Under the pieces are notes generated by a model. That model saw only the letters and a list, made by a program, of their open reading frames with translations, had not been told where the DNA came from and did no database searches. Position numbers and translations under genes: made by a program. A stretch of 64,000 nucleotides of DNA from Camelus ferus. Lineage: Eukaryota. The stretch lies in the NCBI RefSeq assembly GCF_009834535.1, contig NC_045696.1, positions 49,106,001 through 49,170,000 on the forward strand. The letters are read 5' to 3'. Below, piece after piece: positions 1 through 12,989 of this stretch (positions are counted from its first letter, which is position 1; each line of letters begins with the position of its first letter).

Positions 1-839
1 CTTTTACCATGTGGTAACTTGCTTGATAAAGTACTCTTGTTGGCCACCTTCCCTTCTCTGTCTCACTTCCTCACTTCCCTGCTGGTGCTTCCCACCATAT
101 TACCTGTCTAATTTTGAACATATGACTAAGCATTTCTGCACAATGGAGATGAAATGGATTGGAAGAGATTATGCATTTGAAAGAAACTTTTAAAAGGTCT
201 GGTATACAGTAGGTGTTCAATAAATGTTATTTAAAGTTTTATATCAGGTACTCTTCTCCTTCTTTAATACCAGATAATGTCATGAGATATGCTAAAGTCA
301 TTAAACTTTTTAATCTTATATTTGGCTTCAGAGTGCATTTAATTTTGTTTAAAAATTGATTCAACTTTATTGTCTATATTTTATTCCTCCTTCATTTTGG
401 TGACCTCTAGGAAGTGTAAAAATGCTAATTTTCCTTGATTTTTAAAAATATCTAGAGTTTTAAAAGTAAAGCAGACTATAATAGACTGTTACAGTGGTAA
501 TTCTAATGTTCAGTTTCCTGTATTTCCTTGTCATTTGATGTCAGATAAAAGTCCTAGCTAAATGTACCCTAAAATTTCTCAGTATAAAAAAATAGCTTCA
601 ACATTGACTAAGCCTTTCATCCAAGCACCTGAAATCCCTTTATAGGCATTAGCTAATTAAGTTTTAAAACACCTCCATCAGTAGAGTAAGAATTAGAACA
701 CATGGACTAGAACTACATATGCTAGCTAAGAAATAGGGGCTCATGCTAGATCTGTCAGGGTAAAACTGAAAAGATCACGGCACAATCTGTTCATTTCCAT
801 CATCTTAATGACTGCTGTGGAACTCCAATTTTAAAATAG

Positions 840-1725
840 TTTTTTAAAATTGTATTTACATAAAAGTAATGCATGCATATGCTTACAAAAATCAAATAGG
901 ACTGGAAAGGCTACAGGAATATCAACAATTTCCTTCTCCATATCTCCCCAACCCCAGGTCTTGTTTCCCAGAGACAACCTTGCTTTAACTATTAGCTTCT
1001 GTATTTATAAATAGTATGTTTATATTGCTATTCTTGATTTACCAATGTTAGATACTGTTTATGACCTTCTGTGATAAATGAGGATTTGGCTATTACAACA
1101 CAACCACCACCACCCCTCCTCCTTTCCTTCCACTAGAGATATATCACTTTTAATTAAATCACCTAACAGTGTTTAGAGTATTTTGAGTATATATAAATGT
1201 TCACTGTGGAGTCTAGTAGTTGTACTATCAGTCAAATAGTTGTACTATGGTTACATTTTCTTTCTTACACAGACTTTTAGTTTTGCTCCTAGAATTCCCA
1301 ATTATTTTACTTTGTTCTTGCAGTTCTTCTTATAACCATGCTTATTTTTTTCTGAAGTCCCATCATACGAGGTATTTATGAAATGAGTCCCCTCTCTCTC
1401 CCACCCCAACCACAAAAAGTTTCCATCTCAACTTTCTGCTTCCCCTGGGGCTGCTGCTCTCCAGACCTGTTGCATCACTATCCTGGGATGAATCTTGACT
1501 ACTCTCCTGGCTTGTAGCCGCTATTTCCTGGATTTCATGGCTTTCTGTTTCCTTATTATTCCCTATAGTACTAGAGGCAAATTTTATGAGTCTTTGCTGA
1601 TTGAAAATATTTTTCGTCTAGTTTCTACCCCACACTTGAAAGATATTTTATCTAGGTATAAAATTCTAGGTAGAAACTCATTTTCCATCAGAATTTTGAA
1701 AGGATTTTTATGTTGTCTTCTAAAG
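840..1725 (-). mobile_element. HAL1 (half-L1) relic
   Basis: Minus-strand L1 ORF1 C-terminal motif (FKILMENEFLPRILYLDKISFK, ~1620-1710) followed by a HAL1-type 3' region (960-1260) with no ORF2 between them. Confidence 0.75.
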
Positions 1726-1879
1726 ATAATAAATGATTTACTATGAATAAACTGAAAGGTAATAGATTCAACATACCATGGTCTAGCTTGATGGCCAGCC
1801 CCATACATAAGCATCTTCAGAATTCTTAGGGAACAAAAGAAGAGTATAGATTACACAGGAACAAGATTTTGGTTTAAGG

Positions 1880-2054
1880 CAGGAGTGGCTGCATAATTTG
1901 AGGGGCCCAATGCAAAATGGAAATGTGAGGCCCTTTGTTAATAAATTAAAATTTTCAAAGCCATGACAGTAGAGCATTAAACAAAGCACGAGGGCCTTTA
2001 AAGTGCAGGACCCTGTGCAGTTGCACAGATAGCACACCTGTGCAGCTGGCCCCA
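1880..2054 (-). mobile_element. MER45A-like hAT-Tip100 non-autonomous DNA transposon
   Basis: Matches the recalled MER45A consensus in reverse. Flanked by 8-bp TSD GTTTAAGG (1872-1879) / GTTTAAGA (2055-2062). Confidence 0.85.
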
Positions 2055-2727
2055 GTTTAAGATCTGGCTCTATAGACCATCTCCTTAGTCTCCAATTCCT
2101 CACTTAGCTTCACAGAGCCTTATAGTCCCATTTACAAAACAGGAATAATAATATCTGTCCTTCCAACCATCCAGGGTTGTGGGGAGTTATATATAACACA
2201 GTAAAAATAATATATGTGTAGTACCAGTACTATGTAAATCATAGTAGTGTAAAGAAGAGTAAGTATACGTTAAGTATTTTCCTGTATCATTGATAGAAAG
2301 TGTTAGGTTGGTGTGTGCTTCACTGTATCCTGGTTTATGGCTGGATGACTGACATATAGACATTCATAGCTTCAAATATATATTGTAGAGCCACTCCAAC
2401 ACTAGAGTTTTGCACCAGAGAAGCTACAACTCATTGATTATGACATCATAATCTGAAACCCTAAAATAATGGACTTTTTAATGGAACTTTTCTGCTAATT
2501 TCACCTTACAGTTAGAATTTTAGAGTCAGCACTTGTATCTGTCTTAAGTTGTGAAACACAGGTGGTAACTGAGAGTATGATTTACAGTTTTCTGTCCTGT
2601 GTTTTATCTGGTGTCCCTATTAAAACACTGTGCTTTTATCCAATTTCAAGCTGTACTCAATGGTAAGTGTGTACAGATTCTCTGTTTTGGTGTCCGAATC
2701 CTAAATTAGTTACTAATCAGCGTACAT

Positions 2728-2880
2728 GGTTTTATCATGACCCAGACGCGCCCATTCTTTTACATAATGTCTGTGGCCACCTTTGCACTATGTAGCAGCA
2801 GAGTAGTTGCAAGAGAGACCCTGTGGCCTGTAAAGCCTACATATTTACTATCTTGAACTTAAAAGTTTTCTGGCCCCCAT
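2728..2880 (+). mobile_element. MER58A-like hAT-Charlie fragment
   Basis: Contains gagtagttgcaagagagaccctgtggcctgtaaagcctacatatttactatc, typical of the MER58 3' half. Confidence 0.7.
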
Positions 2881-4074
2881 TAGACCAAATGTCCTCAGTT
2901 CTCACTACACAGCAACCACCCAAAGAAACCATGCTAGCACCCTCACATTGTTGCCGCCCTCTCTGGAAACAGATCACCCAGCAGCAGGCAGCATTCCTCC
3001 AGTCAGACCATCCTGACTCCCCACCTCGTGATGTCTCCCCCATCTCCTGATATCTGCTGCTGCTCTGGTGGGTCTGACCTCAGCTTCTTGTCATAACCAC
3101 AACCCACAGTTCCCTCGAACATAACATCTGCTCCTGTTAATCAGAGAGAAGAGACGTGCAGATCCCATTAAGATGCAACACCCCACCCCAGCAGCTAACT
3201 CAGAATCGTCAAGTGCTTTCTGGTGCAATTTTGGAAAATTTTGTGCATTTCTTCACAGTGTATATTTTCACTCTTAGCCACTATGGCTATTAAACATTTT
3301 ATTATATACCTAGCACTCTATTATCTAAGAGGGAGGGGGCTAGAAGATGGAGAGAAGGCTGATTTAGGGAAGAGGGAAGGGACAAAGGACGGTGGGTGAG
3401 AGAAAATAATCAAGAAAAATGAACCAGTTTAGTGACCGGCTGTAAGACACAGGGTGACTGACTGACTGACCAAATGCATAAGTGGATAAATATATGGGGG
3501 ATCAAGGGAGTGACAGTGAAACAGTTTGCTAAGAAGACGGAATCTGAACTTAGCTAGTCCTTCAAGGGTGGTGTGGATTTGGAGAGTGGTTATAAGGGGA
3601 GAGTATTTTATATTTATATTTATTTTTTAATAAATAGGTGAAATGAGTTCTGTGTCTAAACAACTGACAACAGAGGTCACAAATTGTGGAGCCAACTCCC
3701 TCCCCAGTCTCCCACCCACTATTACTGTTGACCTGCCGCCCAGTCTCTGCAGCAGTAAATTGCAAAAAGTCACCTCCAATCAGTCCACTAGAACATGGCA
3801 ACTGTCTCTGGCTGAACCAATCGGGTAAGGGCATCCTCTCCTCCAACAAGGCGGGCAGGCCTGCAGGAGGGCACAAACTTAGGTGGACAGGGATGGCTTT
3901 CAGTCTCTATTTGCATGCCCGGGGCCAGGCACCATCATGCATATGACAACCTGACCAATAATACATTGCAGATCTGAAATGAGTGAATCCTCAGCTGCAT
4001 CTCCTGTTTAGACATACCTGGTTGCAATCTCCCAGTGTGTTAAAATGACTTAAATTAGCATTTGACAGCAAGCT

Positions 4075-5000
4075 CTGTTGGTGAGACTGACTAACTGGTT
4101 ACACTTGTACACTGTTTTTGGGAAAAATAAATCACACAATTCCCACAGAGAGGAATTTGACAAACTCTAGGACAGTTACATGTGTATTTACCCTTTGACA
4201 CAGCAATTCCAATTCAAGGCATCTATTGTAAAGACATACTGGCAAAATACAAAATAACTTATGTCCAAGGCAATGCTTTATGAGTATATTTTAGAATAGC
4301 AGTCAGCTGGAAGCAACCAAAACTTCTATTAATAGCAGAGTAGCTGAATAAACAAGGGTTGACAAACTTTTTCTATAAAAGTAGTAAATATTTTAGGCTT
4401 TGTGGGCTTATGGTCTCTATTGCAATACTCAACTCCACCATCCTAGCACAAAAGCAGTCATAGATGATAATGTGGCTGTGTTTCAATAAAACTTTTTTAG
4501 TGGACACTGAAATTTGACTTCTGTATAGCTTTCACGTATTATTCTTCTTTTGATTTTGTTTTCATCCACTTAAAAACATAAAACTCATTCTAGACTGGAA
4601 GTCCATACAAAAGCAGATGGTAGACTAGATTTGGCCCTCAGGCTGTAGTTTGTCAATCCCTGGAAGAACTATGGTATACCCCCACAATGTTACCCTATAA
4701 AGTTAGATAAAGAAATGAGGATAATTTCTATATACTGATATGGATCCAAATTGGTAAATGAAAAAAACAAGGGCAGAACGGTGTTTACAGGATGCTATTG
4801 CTTGTGTAAGAAATTGAAAGAAATATGAGTACATATGCATAATATTTATATTTTCAAAAAGAAATGATGGAAGGATAAACCAAAAGTTAATTAAAGCAGT
4901 TACTTATAAGGGGAGGGACAAAACAGGGTGGCATGGGCAGAGATGGGAGCAATATAACTTGTCAATGTAACTTGTAATATTGCTTTGACTTTGAAGCATA
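4075..5000 (+). mobile_element. Old L1M 3' fragment interrupted by MER58B
   Basis: Degenerate ORF2-end motifs (ccctttgacacagcaattcc; ggaagcaaccaaa...gctgaataaa / ctatggtata) that resume after the insertion. Confidence 0.6.
4353..4662 (-). mobile_element. MER58B-like hAT-Charlie element
   Basis: Terminal inverted repeats caagggttgacaaact ... agtttgtcaatccctg with MER58B-type internal sequence. Confidence 0.85.
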
Positions 5001-5459
5001 GTTTTGACACAACACAAAATGAAGTCACAAAGAAAACAACTGATTTAGCTATACACATTTTAAAAAATGGAGATATTTTACAAAGAATCTAAATTTCCTT
5101 TCTCTTGAAATATTGAAAGGTCTGTCTGGCATCACTGAGTCTGCTTTCCCACGTGGCAGACGTCTGAGGAAGTCACGTTTTAGCAACTTCCTTTTCATTA
5201 AGATATATATTCTCTTGGCCTGTATAGGCATTTAAGTTTGCAACTTCTTCCCCAAGAGAAGCAAATGAATTATTATTTGATGCTTAGTATGGCAAAAATA
5301 GGAACCTATTCAGCATGGAGCACAAGCATGCAATGATAAAAGTAGTGTTTCAGGGAGATTAACCCGTCAGTGCTGTATGTAATGATTAGTAGAGGGGAAT
5401 GGCCTGACTGCAGAAAATCAGGGGATAGACAAGTTTCCGAAGGGGCTATCCACAAGGTC

Positions 5460-6180
5460 TGCCCCGCTCTCTGACGAGCTTGACGCTGCGCTGGGCATGG
5501 ATCCCACATGCCTGCGGCGTCCAATACATCACTGCCATTCAGGTGGGGCTCGGGCCTCAAGTCCTGGACCACCCTCACACTCACCTTCTGGGCCCTCAGG
5601 GCCTGCAGAAGCCGGCAGCTTGACCGCCTCCTCCGCCGGAGCCCGGTGCCGCTTGGGAAGGGGCCGCTTTTGAGACTGGGGAGCCGGGGGTGGTGGACGG
5701 CCAGCCACGCCGTGCTTGTTGGGACTTGTGCGTGACCACGTGGCTCCGCGCTGGCAATGTGCCGCGGCCGAGTTGGGGCTTCGGGGTGACCACCCTCAGG
5801 CACTGAGGCGGTCGGGAGGGGGACCATGCCTCACCTTTCCCCAGCATGCACAGAGTGCTTTGCAGAGATGAGAGGTGGGGTGCGAGGCAGGATGGCAACA
5901 GGAGACGTGGCTGACTAAGCCTTAGGGGGTGGAGCAGCCAGTGCATGGGTCCGCGAAGGGCACCCTGGTCCGGCGCTCTGGGGCCACTCCCACTACCCCG
6001 AAACCACAGCTCGGCCACTGGAGGTGACTGCGAGTCTCTCCTCAGAGCTGGAGGACAGGTCACCGTGCAGGGAGCAGCCTCAGGAAACCTCCACCAAGTG
6101 CTTCAAGCATGATGACCGCCCGCAGCTCCTCTGCCGAACTCGGGGTCAGCTGTTGAACTCAGGCCACGGAGTATGGATGG
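5460..6180. other. Isolated GC/CpG-rich segment (weak orphan CpG island), function unknown
   Basis: About 43 CpGs in 720 bp by hand count, against CpG-poor flanks. No repeat or protein recognised. Confidence 0.6.
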
Positions 6181-9069
6181 AATGTTTTGTTTTGCTTTGC
6201 TTTGCTTTGCTTATTAACCACCAGTAGTGTGTCTCTGGCGGGAGGTGGGAGAGCAGCACCAAGGTGCGTGCATCACACGGGAGCCCTATCAACCAGCCAC
6301 CACTGGGAATAAAAACAGTATTGCTTAAATAATAGGCGGGGGTGGGGGGTGGGGAGGAGATGAGAGAGAGAGAGACAGAGAGGGAGAGACCTGGACTTGA
6401 ATCCGTTTCTCCTGTTCTGTACAGACAGCATCCTTCCTCTCACAACATACTAACTTAGGTCAGTTGATTCAGTTCTATGTATTCTTGGCTTATGTCAACA
6501 AAAAAGCAAATATATTAAAATGGGATGATGTCTGCAGACCCTTCCAGCTCTAAGACTCTGTTAGGAAACTGTGTGTGGGTGGGTGGGAGTGGCTGTGGGG
6601 AAAAGGTAGTAGTATTCGGCTTCCATTCTTCCCCCTGCCTCCCACTTCGCTTTAACTGTAAAGCAAACAAGAAAACAGAATATATTTGATCCAACAAGCC
6701 TATGGAAATCAGACTGTAGCTGGTCCAAAAAATGACTTCCGGGGTCACCCTGTCTGTCACTGCAGGCACTGGGAGGCTCTCATAATGTCTCATCTTTTGC
6801 AGGTAGGTTACCTCCACCTTCACCTTCACCTTTCACCCAAATACTCCCCAAGAAGCACGAGTTTTAGTTAACAGAATATACACACTGGCATAAATGCTAG
6901 ATCTTAAAGTTGTGCTTGTTTCCAGAGCATTCAAAATGAAATAGCTATTAGAATGGTCATTCCGGCTTCATGTGAATATAGCTTTAGATAAATCCCTTTG
7001 TAAAAATTAAATAGCTTCTTTGTGGCCGTCTTACTTCTGTCAATTAGAATGATAAACTCATTTTCGTTTCAGCCTGGGAGAAAGATCCTGGAGAAGTGTT
7101 AGAAAGACTGGTAAATCATTCTTTCTTTTGCACTTCCTCAACTCTGTGGCCTGTATTTCCCTTGTACAAGGGAGACTCCTTTTCAATATAGTCTCTAATT
7201 TTGAGAAAAACAAACTGCCAGGAGCTGAATTGCTGTCCTGTGGCCAACAGGCAATTCCTAGCTTCTAACTTCTGGCTCTAACCTCTCTGTGTCCCTCTTT
7301 GAATTGTGAAGATAAGTGGCACAGTAGATCACTGTAGGCTGCCCTGCCTTGTGAGAAGACCTTTGGGTACATGTACTTTCCTATTTATTCCCTGAGCCAA
7401 AGACTACATACAGCAGAAATTCTTCAGAACAAAGATATGCCTGAAACATCAAGTATTATAATCTTTGTATAGAGTAACAGGAAATCCAGAATCCTAGGGA
7501 CAAAATAAAATTGGAGGCACCATTCTTAAATATCTAGAAACTATTCTTTAAAGAGGATTCCATTCATGATTAACATATCTGAGATTGTTTATTGTATAAA
7601 CCTAGGAAAGTAACTCAGAGTTATGGTTTCTACAATTAGAAATCACACTTGCAAAAAAATTACTAATTCTACTCACTCCACAATGTTCAATACACACATG
7701 CACACACACATGTACTTCAAGAGAAAAAAAAATCAAGAAAATACTGCTTCAAATACACTTATTTTTTTATATTTCAAGGTAATAACCACAGCTACCAGGA
7801 CAGGCTTCTTGGGAGCTTCAAAAGCATCAATCAGTTTCATAGTTAGCAGCACCACCTTTCTTTGGGGAACACTTTGTATGAGGTAGAATGTGCCCCTGTT
7901 CTCACTAGGGCAGACAAAGGGAGCTGGACAGAGAGGATGAGAGCAGAGTGAGCTAGTCTGCTCTCCATGGAAGGGCGGGAGGGGAGAGTTAGTCAGCACT
8001 TACTCTCCCACCTGCTTCCCAGATGCCTCTTACTATTTTTTTTTACCTTATTTGTCTTGTCCTTCTAAACTTGGACCATTTGCATAATTCAATAAAAAGA
8101 TGTCTCTAACCTTGCCATAAACACTGGACAATTAAGTTGGATATTCAGGAACTGCTTGACACCACTTTCTCTGGACCAGATTTTCAAGTTTGTGATCTGA
8201 AACTTGAAAGCATAGGAAAGGGAAATCTCCATACAAAGATGTTTTTTAAATTGTTTTTCCCACTCTTCTCTTTTTCTCTTCTCTCTCTACCTTTTTTCAG
8301 CCTCTCAATTTATAGAAGGGGGAAATATGTGAATAAATATAGAATATATTCATGAAAAGCATTCTGTTCCTTGCTTTTATTCATTTGTTCCTTTAAGAAA
8401 TATTCTTTGAACACATCTATATTTTAGCTAAGTGCTGGGTATGTATGTAGTAATCAACAAAATAGAGAAAGTCACAATGAAATGTATATTCTTCTGACAC
8501 TAAATCAAAATCCTTGAGCGTATCTACATATTTGCAAAATAAATGTAATGGAAAGCTGTAAACAATTTATTTGTAAGTAGAGGTCTACTCATTTTTCTCA
8601 TTTCTCTAGAGTTGAAATTGGTTTCATCCAGCAAACTTGCATTTTCTAGTACTATGAGAGAAGAGCTCAGATAAAAATAGTTCTTTATTTGATGTCAGTG
8701 GGGCTTACTAAATAAAGTGGTAGAGTAAAGGCAAAAGCAGTGAACCATATATACTTTCCTTTAGATGTGTAAGGAGAGAATTTATAATCTCAATATGAAT
8801 GGGGGAGTCTGCTTAATACTGTAAAGACTCAAACCTTTCTTGGGTTACACCTTTGTAATCCAAGCAATGTAAAGGAAACAGAGAACACACAAACAGAAAG
8901 GAGGAATTTTTCTAGGCACTATCTTGGTTAAACTTTAAAACTTTGTTATAAATCCATGAAATACAGTCTACCCCAGAGTAGGCCCACTTTGGAACCACCT
9001 TCAGTGGAACTACTGAATTAACCAAGATAATGCATTTATAACTTGTTTTCTCATTGATATAATGCTTTA

Positions 9070-9245
9070 TTAACATCCCCCCTGATTCTCAAAACAGATC
9101 TTTGAGGAAAGTATCATCACTATCCCCATTTAAAAGAACAAGGGTTTAGGTGATATACTCATAGCAAATTAGTGAGTAGGGAGAATGAGCTTCAGAACTT
9201 GGCTTTCTGAAACCAAAGCCTGTGGTCTTGCTGCTGAATCACACT
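9070..9245 (-). mobile_element. MIR SINE fragment
   Basis: Degenerate MIR core (tatccccattt...; ttctgaaaccaaagcctgtggtctt). Confidence 0.5.
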
Positions 9246-9783
9246 GCTAAGCCTTACTGTAAATCAGAGAGTCCCTGAGGCTGTCTGGAGAGGAGTGACA
9301 GACAGATTTCATACAGTAAAATGGCAACTGAACAATCAGATTCTGCCGTCTTTCTCCACTTCATGGAGAGCAAGGGGTCACAACCTCATTTCATCCTAGT
9401 TTCCTTCAGAGATCCATTAAAGGATCGCACACTCAAAAGCAAAAGGGCAGATAAATCCTAAATTTTAACATGCTTTTGAGGCACTTTATGATTGGCGCCT
9501 GTAGAAACAAACTTGGCTCAAGTAAGACCCACATTTCCTCCATGAGTGTCTTTCATAAAGAGGCAAAAGAAAGGGGACAGAAGTCTCTACATAAAGTGAG
9601 AACTTGCAAGCATGCTGAGAACATCTCCTCCCAGAACAATATTTAGAGGAGCGGGTTCTTCAGAAGCCTGATTTGCTTTTTAGAGACCTAAAATCCTGAA
9701 AAGAGGTGCGTATGTCCCAATAATTTCAAACTTTAAGGAAAAGGAAGTTCCTGCCCTCAAGAAAGATGGTAATAATTGCAGTA

Positions 9784-9787
<4 letters not shown>

Positions 9788-9820
<33 letters not shown>
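9788..9820. repeat. (TAA)11 microsatellite
   Basis: Read directly. Explains the poly-Ile in spurious ORF 9726-9956. Confidence 0.95.
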
Positions 9821-9822
<2 letters not shown>

Positions 9823-9990
9823 GCAGTATGGAAAATAGGACACCTTTTCCTTATTTTGTCTCCATTATTCTGAAATAATGCCACTTTAGGCAGCTGAAGT
9901 ATCCTTGAATTATTTTTCATCCTGGAGTATTTAGGTGGGATATAGCCAATTTCCAAGTATAAGAAAAACGGATTTCTAAAATCATAATAG

Positions 9991-10470
9991 TTGTGCTGGA
10001 CTGATATTGTTGGTTGGCCAACCCTACAATCATCTCTAAAATGATTCTTGCAGAAGGCTAGAAAGGCCCATCCTAGGCGCAGGCACGTGACCCAGTCCTA
10101 GCCAAAGAAACATGAGGGAGATCTCTTGGAAGGCTTTTGGGAGGAGTTTCAATATACTGTTGAAGAGATGTTGTTGACTTTGAATTCTCCCTTCTTCTTG
10201 CCTTTCACTTGGCTATAATGCCTGGAGCTGTTGTAATCTTTTCATGACCTTGAGCATTGAGGTTATGAGGGTGAAGAGCCAGAAATCTATGGAGACCATG
10301 GCAGAAAGACTGAAAGAGTCTAGGCCTTAGATGTTGTTCATTAGCTGAACTAACACCAGCAGTTGGCTACTTCCATCCTTTCCATTATAAGAGAAAGTAA
10401 ATCCCTTTGTTTAAACAAGTGTACCTGAGATTATCTGTAATGTGCAGCTGAAGATACTCAGCTGGTAACA
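9991..10470 (+). mobile_element. MLT1-class (MaLR) solo LTR, old subfamily
   Basis: Motifs cacgtgacccagtcctagccaa, atgcctggagctg and 3' end tgcagctgaa...aaca. Confidence 0.65.
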
Positions 10471-12113
10471 CTGTGTAGCTTTGAGCAGGTTACTTAAAGG
10501 GTTTGAACTAAGTTTCCTTGTGTATAAAATATAAGAAGGTTGAACCCTTTTAGATCTAAGAATTCTCTGATTCAAAAAGTACACTGGCCCTATCGTATTC
10601 AGAAACAAATTTTTACAAAAAAGTACTGTACTCATTTCAAGCTTCTGTTTTATTTTATAGATTAGCATTTTATAATTAGCGTTATCTCTGTAGAGCCATG
10701 GAGACATGGAACAGTATATATGTTAAACATATTTTGCTGTTGTTTACTGTTTCAATGGTTATATCACTTTAATGCAAAGTGTTTTGTGTCTTCATAATAC
10801 TTCATAAGTGGGGATCCTAGTCAATGCAATGGGAATACTCCACTGGACTCATAGGGAAAGCCAAAATGCACAATTTATACTTGCCCATACAAACACTTAT
10901 GTAACTATTGGCCTATCACTGAAGAGTATCTATTTTAAGGGGACTAAGACTTAACTACAAAATGCCTATCAATCCAGTCTTACTCTGAGCTCAGCACAAG
11001 GAAAATACCTTTTCCAATGACAATTTTGAAGAAAAAGTCTTTCTATTGTTGCTATTTAAAGATCACTATGGGAGGTAATGCTTGGTCACTGAAAAAATCT
11101 CCAAAGGCAAAAGAATGAAAGTAAGGGATTTCAAAAGCACTTTCTAAGTAGATTTGTAACAGCACACCTGCAAGTAATGAATGTTACCTTCATTTTCAAT
11201 AGACCATATTATCATAATAAAAACTATTGCGTCTTCTCACACATAATTTTGACTTTTAAATGACAGAAGGGTCTTAGCTCTGTCTGAAGATTAAATTCCT
11301 GAGAAATTACATTTATTTGCAGCCTTAAAAATTAGAATTTTTAAAAAGCAATTCTGGTGAGCAGAATCTTTCAGAGTATAACATTTGGGGTGAAAAACTC
11401 GATGTGTTATGACTTTTAGGTGCTTCAATTTTTTAACATGTTAATATGTCAAAAATAGCTAATACACACAGTCTTTCTGCTCTTAACATTTCAATAGTTA
11501 TAAATCAGCGTGATTCATGATATAGCTCTACTTCTAAGTTTGGCTTAAATGGTAAAATACTTTAAAGATTCAGTTTAGTATGCTACTCTTTTTTTAAGTT
11601 TCTTTTAAAAACTTTGAAACAGATTCATATTATACTGGATTTAACATGAGTAATAAATAAGTAAAAAAGAATTTACACTAAGCTGACAACTTGTTTATAG
11701 TTTTTATAGATGGAGCTTAAACTAGTCAGAATCTCACAAAATTTCTGAGAACTTAGGAAAATCAAATAGAATTTGTGTTGCTTCTGTGGAAGCAAATCCT
11801 TATAAATTTGTTCTTGTCTCTGTTTGACAGACGATGGTAAACAGTAAAATGGTACTTTTCCCTACTGAGGTGGCATTTCCAGGCAGCTTAATTACCCACC
11901 CTTAGGGTGTTCTCTAACCGACAGAGGTCATCTCTTCCTCAGTCTTCCTGATCAGCAAGAAACCAAAAGCAAAAAAGTAGACATTTCACTTTCATTAACC
12001 TCTCCCCGTTGGAGACAAATCGGACAACTGAGAGGATAGTTTGGAACTCTAGTAACTAACCTCTACTTGGCCATCAATAATACTGCTTTGCATTTTAACT
12101 ACATTCCTGTGAT

Positions 12114-12662
12114 TGTCACCGAATTGGTCAGGTCCCAGCCCAGCCAAGACCCCCTGTCCAATAACGAAACCAATGCTGAGACTAGAATAACACAGGCTTC
12201 ATTCAGTGGGCAAAGAATGGAAAAGCAGGAACCTAGTTCACAAGTCATTTTCTCAACCCAGTTCAGGTGGAGATACCAAATATACGGGAGGGTCGAGGTA
12301 AAAGGGGGAGAATTGGAAAGAATGGGAGGAATATTCATGATTTATCCGAGAACAGGGATGTTCCTTAGACTCAGAACTGATGCAACTCTCCTTTTCAGTC
12401 CTTGTACAGGCTTTTCGGGTTGTTGTCATGGCAGTTGTCAACTGTCATGGTAGGGGTGGGTGTGTCATTTAGCATGCTAATGGATTACAATGAGCGTATA
12501 ATGAGGCTCAAGTTCTACTGGAAGTCAAATTCTCCACCAGTTGGTTCTAGCCAGTTCTGGTTCTTCTCTCTCTGCAGCTTCCTCCTGAAACTTAGATAAG
12601 AGTAACTGGTTTCTATTCAAGGGAGGGGTAGAGTAAGATTCTGGGGCAGCAGCCCTGGTAAC
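12114..12662 (-). mobile_element. ERV1-class solo LTR, MER31-related
   Basis: gtcatggcagttgtcaactgtcatgg...gtgtcatttagcatgctaatggattacaatgagcgtataatgag resembles the reverse strand of MER31-group LTRs. Confidence 0.55.
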
Positions 12663-12989
12663 GCGATCAGCTTGCTTTCCTCTTAAACTCCACAACAGTT
12701 ATTTCCAACTCTACTCTTCTCAGGTTCCACCCTCTTCCATACGCCTTATACTCTCAGGGCCTTGCATTTTCCTCTAAAAAATAAATAAGTAAACATTGTT
12801 TTTAAGAGCTTCAAAAAAAAATTTCTTCAGCTTTCAATCTCGTGCCACCAAGTCAATGCTACTTCTCCCCTCTCTTCTTTTTGACCTGTAAAAATAAATG
12901 GGCTTTTTATTCAAGGCCAACCTCTCCACCTATTCTATGAATTATGTTCCCTTCTATATTTCCAAGAAACTCATAGGCATTTTGTTTTC

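Noticed and set aside
5306..6063. 173-aa and 155-aa minus-strand ORFs; RVVQDLR resembles the retroviral RT motif RLVQDLR
   Set aside because: No other RT motifs or LTR context, and overlapping frames are open because of GC content. Not called as CDS.
9300..9560. Cluster of SOX/HOX/NF-Y-like motifs, and similar-looking unique stretches at ~11.8-12.0 kb and ~36.5-37.3 kb
   Set aside because: Short motifs are expected by chance, and conservation cannot be assessed without alignments.
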